Origin: an uncultured Candidatus Saccharibacteria bacterium
GTDB taxonomy: Bacteria > Patescibacteriota > Minisyncoccia > Minisyncoccales > RBG-13-42-11
Direction: 5' to 3'
Length of the DNA: 64,000 nucleotides
NCBI GenBank assembly: GCA_964481125.1
Contig: CAYZSL010000001.1
Location: 34,468 to 98,467, forward strand
This document shows, one piece after another, positions 9,443 through 21,516 of the stretch. A program made the translations under genes and the position numbers. Numbering within the stretch: position 1 is the stretch's first letter; each line of letters begins with the position of its first letter. Under the pieces are notes generated by a model. It did no database searches. It saw nothing but the letters and a program-made list of their open reading frames with translations, and was not told where the DNA came from.

Positions 9443-11049
9443 TTCCTCAATTTTTTAAGATTTTTCTCGAATTCCCTGGTTAACTCTTTTTTCATATTCT
9501 GATGGAATTTCTCGTTATATCCCTTAACAAGAGATAAAATCATAGGGCAACTTTTTTCTTCCGGACAAAAACCAACCAAACCACATTTGGGAACTATAAG
9601 TTTATTTAACCAGGCTAAACCTTTTCTCTCTAAAGCTTTTTTAATTATAGCTACTTCTTTAATAGTGTTTCTCCTCATCTCCTCTTCTGCTGTCTGGCAA
9701 AGCCTCAAAGGATAATAACCGGTAAGCAGATTATATAAATCGTATTCTTGCAAAATATCAATTTTTACTGCACGCGAAACGACAAAAATAGCGTCTTTTG
9801 GCTTAATTCCCAGTTTGACCATCTTTCGATAGGCTTCAAATGAATTCAAACCAACCGACAAATACTCTAAAAGCAGTTCTTTTTGTTTTTTTATTGAAGG
9901 CGGGATAGAAAACACCTCTTCTATTTGTCTAACGATGGCGTCATCAACCTTGCCTTCCCTAATCCGTTTTCTAAATTTTAGAAATAATTTTTCTGCCCTT
10001 TCTATACAATAATATATTGATTCTATAATCTGATGACAGGTTCTATGCCTCTTTTTTTCGCCCCAAATCCGCCAAGGAATCGAGGACAAAATCTTTAACC
10101 TCAATGATAGATTGTAGTCTCTAAAAATTTCTTGGTATTTTTCCAGCAGTTTAAACCAATTTTGTTTAATTTTGGTTAATGAGGAAAAAGTGGCTTTTTT
10201 CTCTTTCTCTAATCCTGAGATTATTTTTTCCAATTCTGAAACAGTTAAAATATCCATTGAGACAAGTTCAGAATCATTCTTTAAGTTTTTTCTTTTTCTC
10301 AATTCCCTGACTAAGTTCGTTTTGTTGGGATTTTTAAAAATATTTGGATAAGGATAAAAGTTTCGAGGAGCAGCGGCCCTCATGTGATAAAGCAAATCAA
10401 TACCCAATTTTTTAGCTTCTTTCTCTATATGCTTTAAAAGCAATCCCACCTCTTCGGGCATCCATTCTTTTTCCTTTTGATATTCCCTTTTCAGCCCCAC
10501 TATTGTTTCAATCGGCAACTGGATGATACCAGTGCCATAAATACCGTACTGCAATATCTTACTGGCCTCATCTTTCTGAATTTTTTTGTCTAAAAGAGAA
10601 TTAGAAAAACTAATTATTCTTTCTGAGGCTTCTTGGTAAATTTTCCTTGATTTTTTGTTTGCATATATTTTCTTCGGAAAAACAATATCTTTCTCGGTGG
10701 TTCCTGTTCTTCTTCCGGAAGAAACCAAGGATGAAGAAAAATAGATTCCGGTTAACGTAGAATCTAAAAATTTGCTTCCTTCATAGGTTAAACAAATAGA
10801 AGGCGTAGTGGCGATTGAAGCATGTCCCCTTAGGGAAGATTTCTGTAAAATCATTTTAATTCTCTCTGAAACACTGTTCCCCCCTTTTTCTATCTCTTCA
10901 AATAATTTCTTGATTGACCTGCCTTTAAATGTCAATAAAGCAGAAAGGGCAACAATTTCCTGCGTATTTAAAACCCCGCTTCTATCTTTTAGGAACGGGG
11001 TGATGCCTAAAAATTTTATTTTCAAATCACTGGTTAAAATGGGTTTCAT
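9439..11049 (-). CDS. double-length ThyX-like (flavin-dependent thymidylate synthase family) protein, divergent
   Basis: N-half resembles ThyX start (SSLRGHASIATTPSICLTYEGSKF vs GH-S-EH...F-EG-SR); C-half has RHRTCHQIIESIYY in place of RHRxxSxxxxSxRY, then PLRLCQTAEEEMRR like the LRxxxxAQxEIR helix; sits between dcd and glyA/folD. Confidence 0.55.
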   Translation of the reverse strand: MKPILTSDLKIKFLGITPFLKDRSGVLNTQEIVALSALLTFKGRSIKKLFEEIEKGGNSVSERIKMILQKSSLRGHASIATTPSICLTYEGSKFLDSTLTGIYFSSSLVSSGRRTGTTEKDIVFPKKIYANKKSRKIYQEASERIISFSNSLLDKKIQKDEASKILQYGIYGTGIIQLPIETIVGLKREYQKEKEWMPEEVGLLLKHIEKEAKKLGIDLLYHMRAAAPRNFYPYPNIFKNPNKTNLVRELRKRKNLKNDSELVSMDILTVSELEKIISGLEKEKKATFSSLTKIKQNWFKLLEKYQEIFRDYNLSLRLKILSSIPWRIWGEKKRHRTCHQIIESIYYCIERAEKLFLKFRKRIREGKVDDAIVRQIEEVFSIPPSIKKQKELLLEYLSVGLNSFEAYRKMVKLGIKPKDAIFVVSRAVKIDILQEYDLYNLLTGYYPLRLCQTAEEEMRRNTIKEVAIIKKALERKGLAWLNKLIVPKCGLVGFCPEEKSCPMILSLVKGYNEKFHQNMKKELTREFEKNLKKLRK

Positions 11050-11618
11050 TTTGAGTTTTCCTCATTTATTTTGCTAGCAGCAGTATCTTGATTAGCGTAC
11101 TTGTGATCTTTTTGTTTCAAATAAGAAATTTCAGCTGGAGAAGAAAGAGTTTCAAAAGTCATCGCACAAATCCTCATTCCGGCATAAAGGATAATCGGCA
11201 TAATCCCCAAATTTCCTAATTCCATCACTGCTTTGCCCTTCCAGCCCGGATCAAATCTGGCAGCAGTTGAATGAACCACCAGTCCCAATCTTCCTAAAGA
11301 GCTCCTGCCGTCTAATCTGCCCATGATATCTTCTGGCAGAATAATTTCTTCCTTGGTTGTAGCAATAATGAACTGTTTCGGCTGGACAATAAAAGGACTA
11401 TCATCTTCAATAATAATTTCTTCCATAATTTCTTCAAAGTTCATTTTTCTTTTTAAATCTAAATAAGGATATTGGGTCGGCCTGAAGGTTTTGAAATGAT
11501 TTCCAAGATGTAAATCTAAAGAACAGGGGCCAAGTTGTTCAGAGAAATCAGGTTCAGGAATAATCAAAATCTTCCTTTCTTCAATATATTTTTTGATGTC
11601 GCGATCAGAAAGAATCAT
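11046..11618 (-). CDS. dcd: dCTP deaminase (dUTPase superfamily)
   Basis: MILSDRDI start, CSLDLHLG, GRLDGRSSLGRLGL. Confidence 0.9.
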   Translation of the reverse strand: MILSDRDIKKYIEERKILIIPEPDFSEQLGPCSLDLHLGNHFKTFRPTQYPYLDLKRKMNFEEIMEEIIIEDDSPFIVQPKQFIIATTKEEIILPEDIMGRLDGRSSLGRLGLVVHSTAARFDPGWKGKAVMELGNLGIMPIILYAGMRICAMTFETLSSPAEISYLKQKDHKYANQDTAASKINEENSK

Positions 11619-11631
11619 AGTTTATTATACT

Positions 11632-12054
11632 CTATACTATATCAATACCCATATTCTTAGCCGTACCTTCGATTATTTTCATTGCCTGTTCAATGTCATC
11701 TGCGTTCAAATCAGGCATCTTTTTCAAAGCTATTTCTTTCAATTGTGCCCTTGAAATCTTGGCCACTTTAGTTTTATTGGGAGTGCCAGAGCCCTTTTCA
11801 ATGCCAGCTGCTTTTTTTAATAATTCGGAAGCTGGCGGCTGCTTTAAGATAAAAGTATAGGTTCTGTCCTCAAAAACCGTAATTTCAACCGGAATAACGA
11901 AACCCTGGTTGTTTTTGGTCGCATCGTTGAACCTCTGGCAGAACTCGGATATGTTCACTCCGTACTGAGCCAAAACAGGACCAACCGGAGGAGCCGGAGT
12001 CGCCAGAGCTGCTTTGATTTGAAGTTTTACGATTGCTTTTACTTTTTTTGCCAT
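11632..12054 (-). CDS. rplK: 50S ribosomal protein L11
   Basis: [25 protein letters not shown], conserved L11 N-terminus. Confidence 0.95.
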   Translation of the reverse strand: MAKKVKAIVKLQIKAALATPAPPVGPVLAQYGVNISEFCQRFNDATKNNQGFVIPVEITVFEDRTYTFILKQPPASELLKKAAGIEKGSGTPNKTKVAKISRAQLKEIALKKMPDLNADDIEQAMKIIEGTAKNMGIDIV

Positions 12055-12065
12055 ATATTTTTAAA

Positions 12066-12611
12066 TTAAAGTTTCTTTATCTGTAAAGAATCCAGTTCAA
12101 CGGGAGTATCTCTGCCGAACATATTAACCAATACCTTTACCTTCCCCCTCTCTTCGTCAACCTCTGAAACCTTTCCGTCAAAATCCTTGAATGGGCCGTC
12201 AATAATTTTAACCAAATCCCCTGGCTTAGCTTCTATCTTGAAATGCGGCTCATCTCCGGCAATACGCTTCTTTAAAGTTTCAATCTCTTCTACGGAAACC
12301 GGCACTGGTGTTGTGCCTGCTCCGACAAAACCAGTAACATTAGGCGTGTTTCTAACCACGTACCAGGAATCATCGGTCACGATCATTTCCACCAAAACGT
12401 AGCCAGGATAAATCTTTTCTTCTATGGTCTTTCTTTTGCCGTTCTTAATCTTAATCTTTTTCTCTTTAGGAACGATGACGTTGAATATCTTGTCTTCCAT
12501 GCCCAAAGATTCAACCCTTTGCTTTAAAGCTTTGGCCACAGCGTCCTCATACCCTGAATAAGTATGGAGAACATACCAATTTTTCTCTGTGCTGATTTGC
12601 TGTTTTGGCAT
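12066..12611 (-). CDS. nusG: transcription termination/antitermination factor NusG
   Basis: WYVLHTYSGYE NGN domain, KOW GDLVKIIDGPFKDFDGKV. Confidence 0.95.
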   Translation of the reverse strand: MPKQQISTEKNWYVLHTYSGYEDAVAKALKQRVESLGMEDKIFNVIVPKEKKIKIKNGKRKTIEEKIYPGYVLVEMIVTDDSWYVVRNTPNVTGFVGAGTTPVPVSVEEIETLKKRIAGDEPHFKIEAKPGDLVKIIDGPFKDFDGKVSEVDEERGKVKVLVNMFGRDTPVELDSLQIKKL

Positions 12612-12616
12612 ATAAT

Positions 12617-12811
12617 TTAAAAAACAAACTTCTCCAGCAAAGTGGTAAACAAAACGTCAAGCCCTCCCAAATAGGCGGCGACAACCGCTGAAACACCGAC
12701 CACGATCAAAGTGTATCTTATGGTCGTTTCTCTGGTCGGCCAATTAACCTTCCTCATCTCCAATCTTACTTCTTTTAAAAAAGTAATAAGTTTATTAATA
12801 ATTTTTCCCAT
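12617..12811 (-). CDS. secE: preprotein translocase subunit SecE
   Basis: FLKEVRLEMRKVNWPTRETT followed by a single TM; canonical position upstream of nusG; start set to ATG 12811. Confidence 0.85.
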   Translation of the reverse strand: MGKIINKLITFLKEVRLEMRKVNWPTRETTIRYTLIVVGVSAVVAAYLGGLDVLFTTLLEKFVF

Positions 12812-12868
12812 GTTTTTGAGTCTAAAAAACGGCCTAACGGCCACAAGTTAAACTTAGCCGAAAACAAA

Positions 12869-16829
<3,961 letters not shown>

Positions 16830-16831
16830 AA

Positions 16832-17851
16832 TTAAAATTGATTTAAAAACCTTAAATCTCCTGAACGAAACAATCTAATATCGTTAATCTTGTATTTAAG
16901 CATGGCCAGTCTTTCCAATCCAAACCCGAACGCCCAACCCTGCCAGTTTTTAGGAACGAGTTTGGAATTCTTGAAAACATTAGGATGAACCATTCCAGCG
17001 CCAGCCACTTCCAGCCAACCTGTACCTTTACAAACAGAACATCCCTTGCCCTGGCAAACAAAACAGCTTATGGCGATATCAAAAGACGGTTCAGTAAAAG
17101 GAAAATAATCCGGCCTCAAACGGAACTTAACGTCTTTCTCAAAAAATCTGCGGAAGAATTCTCCGACAATGGCTTTCAAATTGGCCACTGATATATTCCT
17201 ATCAACCATCAATCCTTCAACCTGGAACAATTGGAATTCATGGGAAGAATCTGTTGCCTCGTGCCTGAAAACATTTCCCGGAACAATTATCCTCAAAGGA
17301 GGATTATTCTTTTCCATATAGCGGACCTGGACAGGACTAGTATGAGTTCTAAGCAAACGTTTGTTTTTAAGATAGAAAGTATCCCAGACATCTCTGGCAG
17401 GATGGTCTTTGGGGATATTCAAAGCATCGAAATTATACCATTCTGTTTCCATATCAGGCCCCTTAACAATTAAAAATCCCATTGATTGAAAAATCTCTTC
17501 CACCTTTCTTTTGGTTAAGGTCAAGGGATGCAAGTGGCCGGAAAAAGGCTTTTTGCCAGGAATAGTTATATCAATCCATTCTGATTCTTTGAGAGAAGTT
17601 CCGGTAAAACGCACTTCTTCCATTTTTGTTTGTATCTTCTCCTTTAAAAAATCCTTTAGTTTATTTGCTTCGCCGCCGATTTTTCTTCTTTCGTCTTTTG
17701 AAAGTTTAACCAAAGAACGCAAAACCAAAATTAACTCTCCTTTCTTGCCCAAATACTTCTTTGAAACATCATTCAAAAGCTCAACATTTTCCGCGCTGTC
17801 TATTTCTTTTTCTGCCTGTTTTTTAAGCGATTTTAAGTCAGTTTTTACCAT
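16832..17851 (-). CDS. pheS: phenylalanyl-tRNA synthetase alpha subunit
   Basis: HPLTLT, FRHEATDSSHEFQLFQVEG, GAGMVHP, GFGLERL class II motifs. Confidence 0.95.
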   Translation of the reverse strand: MVKTDLKSLKKQAEKEIDSAENVELLNDVSKKYLGKKGELILVLRSLVKLSKDERRKIGGEANKLKDFLKEKIQTKMEEVRFTGTSLKESEWIDITIPGKKPFSGHLHPLTLTKRKVEEIFQSMGFLIVKGPDMETEWYNFDALNIPKDHPARDVWDTFYLKNKRLLRTHTSPVQVRYMEKNNPPLRIIVPGNVFRHEATDSSHEFQLFQVEGLMVDRNISVANLKAIVGEFFRRFFEKDVKFRLRPDYFPFTEPSFDIAISCFVCQGKGCSVCKGTGWLEVAGAGMVHPNVFKNSKLVPKNWQGWAFGFGLERLAMLKYKINDIRLFRSGDLRFLNQF

Positions 17852-17863
17852 ACCTGTTCTTTA

Positions 17864-17892
17864 ATTTTACCTTAAATTTGCCCTAAAATCAA
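17864..17892 (-). promoter_or_regulatory. candidate sigma-70 promoter for pheST
   Basis: Minus strand reads TTGATT (17892-17887) - 17 nt - TAAAAT (17869-17864), 12 nt upstream of the pheS ATG. Confidence 0.45.
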
Positions 17893-17927
17893 CTCTTTTT
17901 ATCCACAAGAAGGGTAAAAATTAGCTT

Positions 17928-17959
17928 AAAAAACCAAAACCCGCCGTAATATAGGCGGG
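17928..17959 (-). terminator. intrinsic terminator after the tRNA cluster
   Basis: cccgcc-8nt-ggcggg hairpin (17940-17959); on the minus strand it is followed by ttttggtttttt. Confidence 0.65.
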
Positions 17960-17966
17960 AATTTTA

Positions 17967-18044
17967 TGGCGGACCCGACCGGATTTGAACCGGCGATCTC
18001 CTCCGTGACAGGGAGGCGTGTTAACCAAGCTACACTACAGGTCC
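17967..18044 (-). tRNA. tRNA-Asp (anticodon GTC), CCA encoded
   Basis: Hand-folded cloverleaf: acceptor GGACCTG/CGGGTCC, D stem GTGT/ACAC, anticodon stem CCTCC/GGAGG with loop CTGTCAC, T arm GCCGG-TTCAAAT-CCGGT. Confidence 0.9.
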
Positions 18045-18058
18045 ATAACGCTGTCTTA

Positions 18059-18131
18059 TGCCGAGGGTGAGACTCGAACTCACGACCCCTGCCTTATGAA
18101 GGCATTGCTCTAACCACTGAGCTACCCCGGC
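18059..18131 (-). tRNA. tRNA with CAT anticodon, elongator type (Met, or Ile2 if lysidinylated)
   Basis: Acceptor GCCGGGG/CCTCGGC, D stem GCTC/GAGC, loop TTCATAA, T arm GTGAG-TTCGAGT-CTCAC; no CCA encoded. Confidence 0.85.
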
Positions 18132-18139
18132 TAATGTTG

Positions 18140-18210
18140 TTGCGGGGGCCGGAATTGCACCGGCGTCTCGAGGTTATGGGCCTCGCAAGGTACTACTCCT
18201 CCACCCCGCG
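18140..18210 (-). tRNA. initiator-like tRNA-fMet (CAT) with atypical loops
   Basis: CGCGGGG...CCCCGCA-A acceptor with C1:A72 mismatch as in bacterial initiators; anticodon stem CGAGG/CCTCG, loop CCCATAA; T arm GCCGG-TGCAATT-CCGGC; 71 nt, no CCA. Confidence 0.75.
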
Positions 18211-18223
18211 GCAAAACATTTTA

Positions 18224-18251
18224 ATTATACTTTCTTTTTCAAAAAAATCAA
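18224..18251 (-). promoter_or_regulatory. candidate promoter of the three-tRNA operon
   Basis: Minus strand TTGATT (18251-18246) - 16 nt - TATAAT (18229-18224), ~13 nt before the first tRNA. Confidence 0.55.
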
Positions 18252-18253
18252 GG

Positions 18254-18784
18254 CTAAAAAGCATCCAAATCCCTAAGCGCTTTCTCATAAATGCCCAGTG
18301 CCTTTTTGGTCTCGTCCAAAGTTAACTTATAATCAGGGTCACGAACAATATTGTTTCGAATCTGATGTGCCTCTTTTAACTCTTCAATATTGGAAAGAGT
18401 GGCGACAGTTAGTTTTTCCAAGCTCTCTTCCAAAGAAGCGCCTCCGTACCCCATCTTTTTCAAAATATCATTCATCGTATTATCCGCTTCAATAACCGTT
18501 AACTTGTATTCCGATTCCAAACCGGTATCTAATCTAGCAAGAATCTTCCGCCAATCCTTTTCCATTCTTTTTACGCCAAAAGGCTTGTATCTAAAGAATT
18601 CAGCTGCGTCATAAAGAACATACATTCTCAACCAAGAAGATTTAAAAAGCGCGAAAATTATGAAACCTACCGCAAATACGCCAAAAACTATAAAAAGTAT
18701 CTTCAAATAGAAAAGCAAATCGTCAAAAGCGGCAGAAGAAAAAAACGGCATAAAACTATTTGTGAATCCTTCAATTGTTTCCAT
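18254..18784 (-). CDS. hypothetical membrane-anchored protein
   Basis: One N-terminal TM (ILFIVFGVFAVGFIIFALF) then a helical soluble domain; alternative start ATG 18751; no family recognised. Confidence 0.65.
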   Translation of the reverse strand: METIEGFTNSFMPFFSSAAFDDLLFYLKILFIVFGVFAVGFIIFALFKSSWLRMYVLYDAAEFFRYKPFGVKRMEKDWRKILARLDTGLESEYKLTVIEADNTMNDILKKMGYGGASLEESLEKLTVATLSNIEELKEAHQIRNNIVRDPDYKLTLDETKKALGIYEKALRDLDAF

Positions 18785-20186
18785 ATAATTTTGATATTTC
18801 TAAAATTTTATCTTCTTCGAACGGCTTGCCGATTATCTGCAATCCCACAGGAAGATTGTCTACCTTGCCGACAGGAAGAGAAACAGCCGGCAATCCAGCC
18901 AAACTGACAGGACCGGTAAAAACATCGCAAAGATACATTTGAAGCAAATCTTTAATCTTTTCTCCAAGCTTGAAAGCCGGAGTCGGCGCAACAGGAGTCA
19001 TTAAAACGTCTACCTTTTTAAACACCTTTTCAAAATCCTGTCTTATCAAAGTCCTTACTTTCTGGGCTTTCAAATAATAAGCGTCGTAATAGCCGCTGGA
19101 CAAAGCATATGTCCCTAAAATAATCCTGCGGCGCACCTCGTCTCCCAGCCCCCTGCCTCTTGAACGTAAATAAACTTCCATTAAATCATTACCGCTTTTG
19201 TCCTGGTATCCGTATTTTATGCCATCGTATCTTGCCAAATTAGCAGAAATCTCACAAGGCATAATTATGTAATAGGTAGCTATGGCGTAATCAGTATGAG
19301 GCAAGCTGACTTCCATTGTCTTTGCACCCATTGCCTCGTATTTCTTTATCGCTTCTTTCACTATCTTTTCCACCTCCTTATCAACTCCTTTGACAAAATA
19401 TTCTTTGGGAACGCCTATTTTTAAGCCTTTGATTTTCAATCCATTGTTTTCTACTCTCATATCAACCGAAGTTGAATCCATCTGATCTTTGCCCCTTATT
19501 GCGTCAAAAACAATCTTACAGTCATCTATATTCTTGGCTAAAGGACCTATCTGGTCAAGGGAAGAAGCCATGGCAATTAGTCCGAAACGGGAAACTGCGC
19601 CGTAAGTCGGCTTTAACCCGACCACTCCGCAAAAGGAAGCAGGATAGCGTATTGAACCAGCTGTATCAGATCCTAAAGCGTAAACTGCCATATCTGCGGC
19701 AACAGCAGCTGCTGAACCAGATGAAGAGCCGCCTGTTACCCTGGTTAAATCGCAAGAATTCTTTGTCGGACCGAAGGCTGAATTCTCTCCGGAAGCTCCC
19801 ATGGCAAACTCATCCAAATTAGTTTTTCCCAAAATAACCGCCTTTTCCTTTTTCAATTTTCTGACAACCGTAGCCTCGTAAGGAGCAACGTAGTTTTCTA
19901 AAATCTTTGAGGCGGCCGTACACTTCAACCCTTCAACCATAATATTGTCTTTTACAGCACAGGGAATGCCTGCCAGAACCGGTATGTTCTCGCCCCTCTT
20001 GATTATATCATCAACTTCTTCTGCTTGCTCTAAAGCTGTTTCCTCGGTAACGGATAAAAAAGCAAAAATGTCTTTGTCTTTTTCCCTTATCTTTTCCAGA
20101 TAAGCTTTGCATAGTTCAACAGATGAGAACTCTTTATTGACTAATCCTTGATGCGCCTGAGCAATGGTTAGGTCCTGTATCTTCAT
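18771..20186 (-). CDS. gatA: Asp/Glu-tRNA amidotransferase subunit A
   Basis: Amidase signature GGSSSGSAAAVAADMA, KDNI, follows gatC with a 4-nt overlap. Confidence 0.95.
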   Translation of the reverse strand: MKIQDLTIAQAHQGLVNKEFSSVELCKAYLEKIREKDKDIFAFLSVTEETALEQAEEVDDIIKRGENIPVLAGIPCAVKDNIMVEGLKCTAASKILENYVAPYEATVVRKLKKEKAVILGKTNLDEFAMGASGENSAFGPTKNSCDLTRVTGGSSSGSAAAVAADMAVYALGSDTAGSIRYPASFCGVVGLKPTYGAVSRFGLIAMASSLDQIGPLAKNIDDCKIVFDAIRGKDQMDSTSVDMRVENNGLKIKGLKIGVPKEYFVKGVDKEVEKIVKEAIKKYEAMGAKTMEVSLPHTDYAIATYYIIMPCEISANLARYDGIKYGYQDKSGNDLMEVYLRSRGRGLGDEVRRRIILGTYALSSGYYDAYYLKAQKVRTLIRQDFEKVFKKVDVLMTPVAPTPAFKLGEKIKDLLQMYLCDVFTGPVSLAGLPAVSLPVGKVDNLPVGLQIIGKPFEEDKILEISKLYGNN

Positions 20187-20467
20187 TTCAAAATTGATTT
20201 TACTTTTAAATAATCTTCTTTTCTGTCGGGAAACGATTCTATCAATTTCTTGCCGCTCCCCTTTCCTTTTGATTCATCTTTCCTTAATACGTTTTCAACT
20301 TTGATTGAATGGCTGGTTGGCTCAATGCCGGAAATATTCACTTCTTTCAGTTTTTCAAAATAATCCAAAATCGAAGAAAGCTCTTTCTGATATTTTTCAA
20401 TTTCTTGATCAGTTAATCCCAATCTGGCAAGTTTAGCTATATGTTGTACTTCTTCTTTAGAAATCAT
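20183..20467 (-). CDS. gatC: Asp/Glu-tRNA amidotransferase subunit C
   Basis: 94 aa, VQHIAKLARLGLTDQE start typical of GatC, immediately upstream of gatA. Confidence 0.9.
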   Translation of the reverse strand: MISKEEVQHIAKLARLGLTDQEIEKYQKELSSILDYFEKLKEVNISGIEPTSHSIKVENVLRKDESKGKGSGKKLIESFPDRKEDYLKVKSILK

Positions 20468-21516
20468 CTTGGCGGTTCCAAATATTCTGTTTCAACTAAT
20501 ACCTCGTGGAGCTGATCAAGGTTTTCCAACACCATGCCTGCTCCCCTAACCACGGCTGTTGTCGGGTCTTCAATAATCTTGGTCGGAATCTTGGTTTCTT
20601 TTTGAATTAGAGTAGCCAACCCCCTCAAAAGAGAGCCGCCCCCTGCCATCTGAATCCCTGAAACCATAATATCAGCCAGTAATTCTGGCGGAGTTTCCTC
20701 GACAGCTGTTTTCGTTTCGGCAATTATCTGTTTTATTGATTTTTCCAAAGCTTTTCTGATATCTTCGTCAGAAACTAAAATTTCTTCGGGCAATCCCGTT
20801 ACCAAATTCCTTCCCCTCATTGGCAACTGCTTTTTCTCTTTTAAAGGATAGGCTGAACCTATTATTATTTTAAGCATTTCTGCTGTTCTTTCGCCAATCA
20901 GCAGCTTGTATTCATCTTGGGCGAATTGAATAATGTCCTGGTTTAATCTGTCTCCGGCAATCCGGAGAGTTTTTGACAAAACTATTCCTCCTAGAGAAAT
21001 GACGGCAATATCCGTTGTTCCTCCGCCGATATCAACTATAAAGTTTCCTCCTGCTTCCTGAATAGGTAAACGAGCGCCCAAAGCTGCAGCCATGGGTTCC
21101 TCAATAATGAAAACTTCCCTGGCGCCTGCGTTTTTAGCTGCGTCAGAAACAGCTTTTTTCTCAACTTCTGTTACTCCGCAAGGAATGCCGATAATCACCC
21201 TGGGCCTCGGATTCAAAAGAAACTTTTTCTGGTGCGCCTTGTCAATAAAATACTTCAGCATCTGCTCTGTCACTTCAAAATTAGAAACAACCCCGGAAAC
21301 CAAGGGCCTGGTAGCTACAATGTGGGCTGGCGTACGGCCTACCATTTTCTTTGCCTCATCTCCAATAGCCAAAACCTGGCCTGTTTTCTGATTTATGGCA
21401 ACAACCGAAGGCTCAGTAATAATGATTCCCCTGCCCCGAACGTAAACCCGGGAATTAGCTGTTCCTAAATCAATAGCAATATCTTCTGAAAGTATTCTCC
21501 AAAGCTTATTAAACAT
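20464..21516 (-). CDS. mreB: actin-like rod-shape protein MreB (paralog 1)
   Basis: IAIDLGTANSRVYV, PSVVAI, GRTPAHIVATRPL, DIGGGTTDIAVISLGG. Confidence 0.92.
   Translation of the reverse strand: MFNKLWRILSEDIAIDLGTANSRVYVRGRGIIITEPSVVAINQKTGQVLAIGDEAKKMVGRTPAHIVATRPLVSGVVSNFEVTEQMLKYFIDKAHQKKFLLNPRPRVIIGIPCGVTEVEKKAVSDAAKNAGAREVFIIEEPMAAALGARLPIQEAGGNFIVDIGGGTTDIAVISLGGIVLSKTLRIAGDRLNQDIIQFAQDEYKLLIGERTAEMLKIIIGSAYPLKEKKQLPMRGRNLVTGLPEEILVSDEDIRKALEKSIKQIIAETKTAVEETPPELLADIMVSGIQMAGGGSLLRGLATLIQKETKIPTKIIEDPTTAVVRGAGMVLENLDQLHEVLVETEYLEPPR

Noticed and set aside
18134-18325. 63-aa plus-strand ORF over the initiator tRNA
   Set aside because: It is the antisense of a tRNA gene and its promoter, so it is a spurious ORF.
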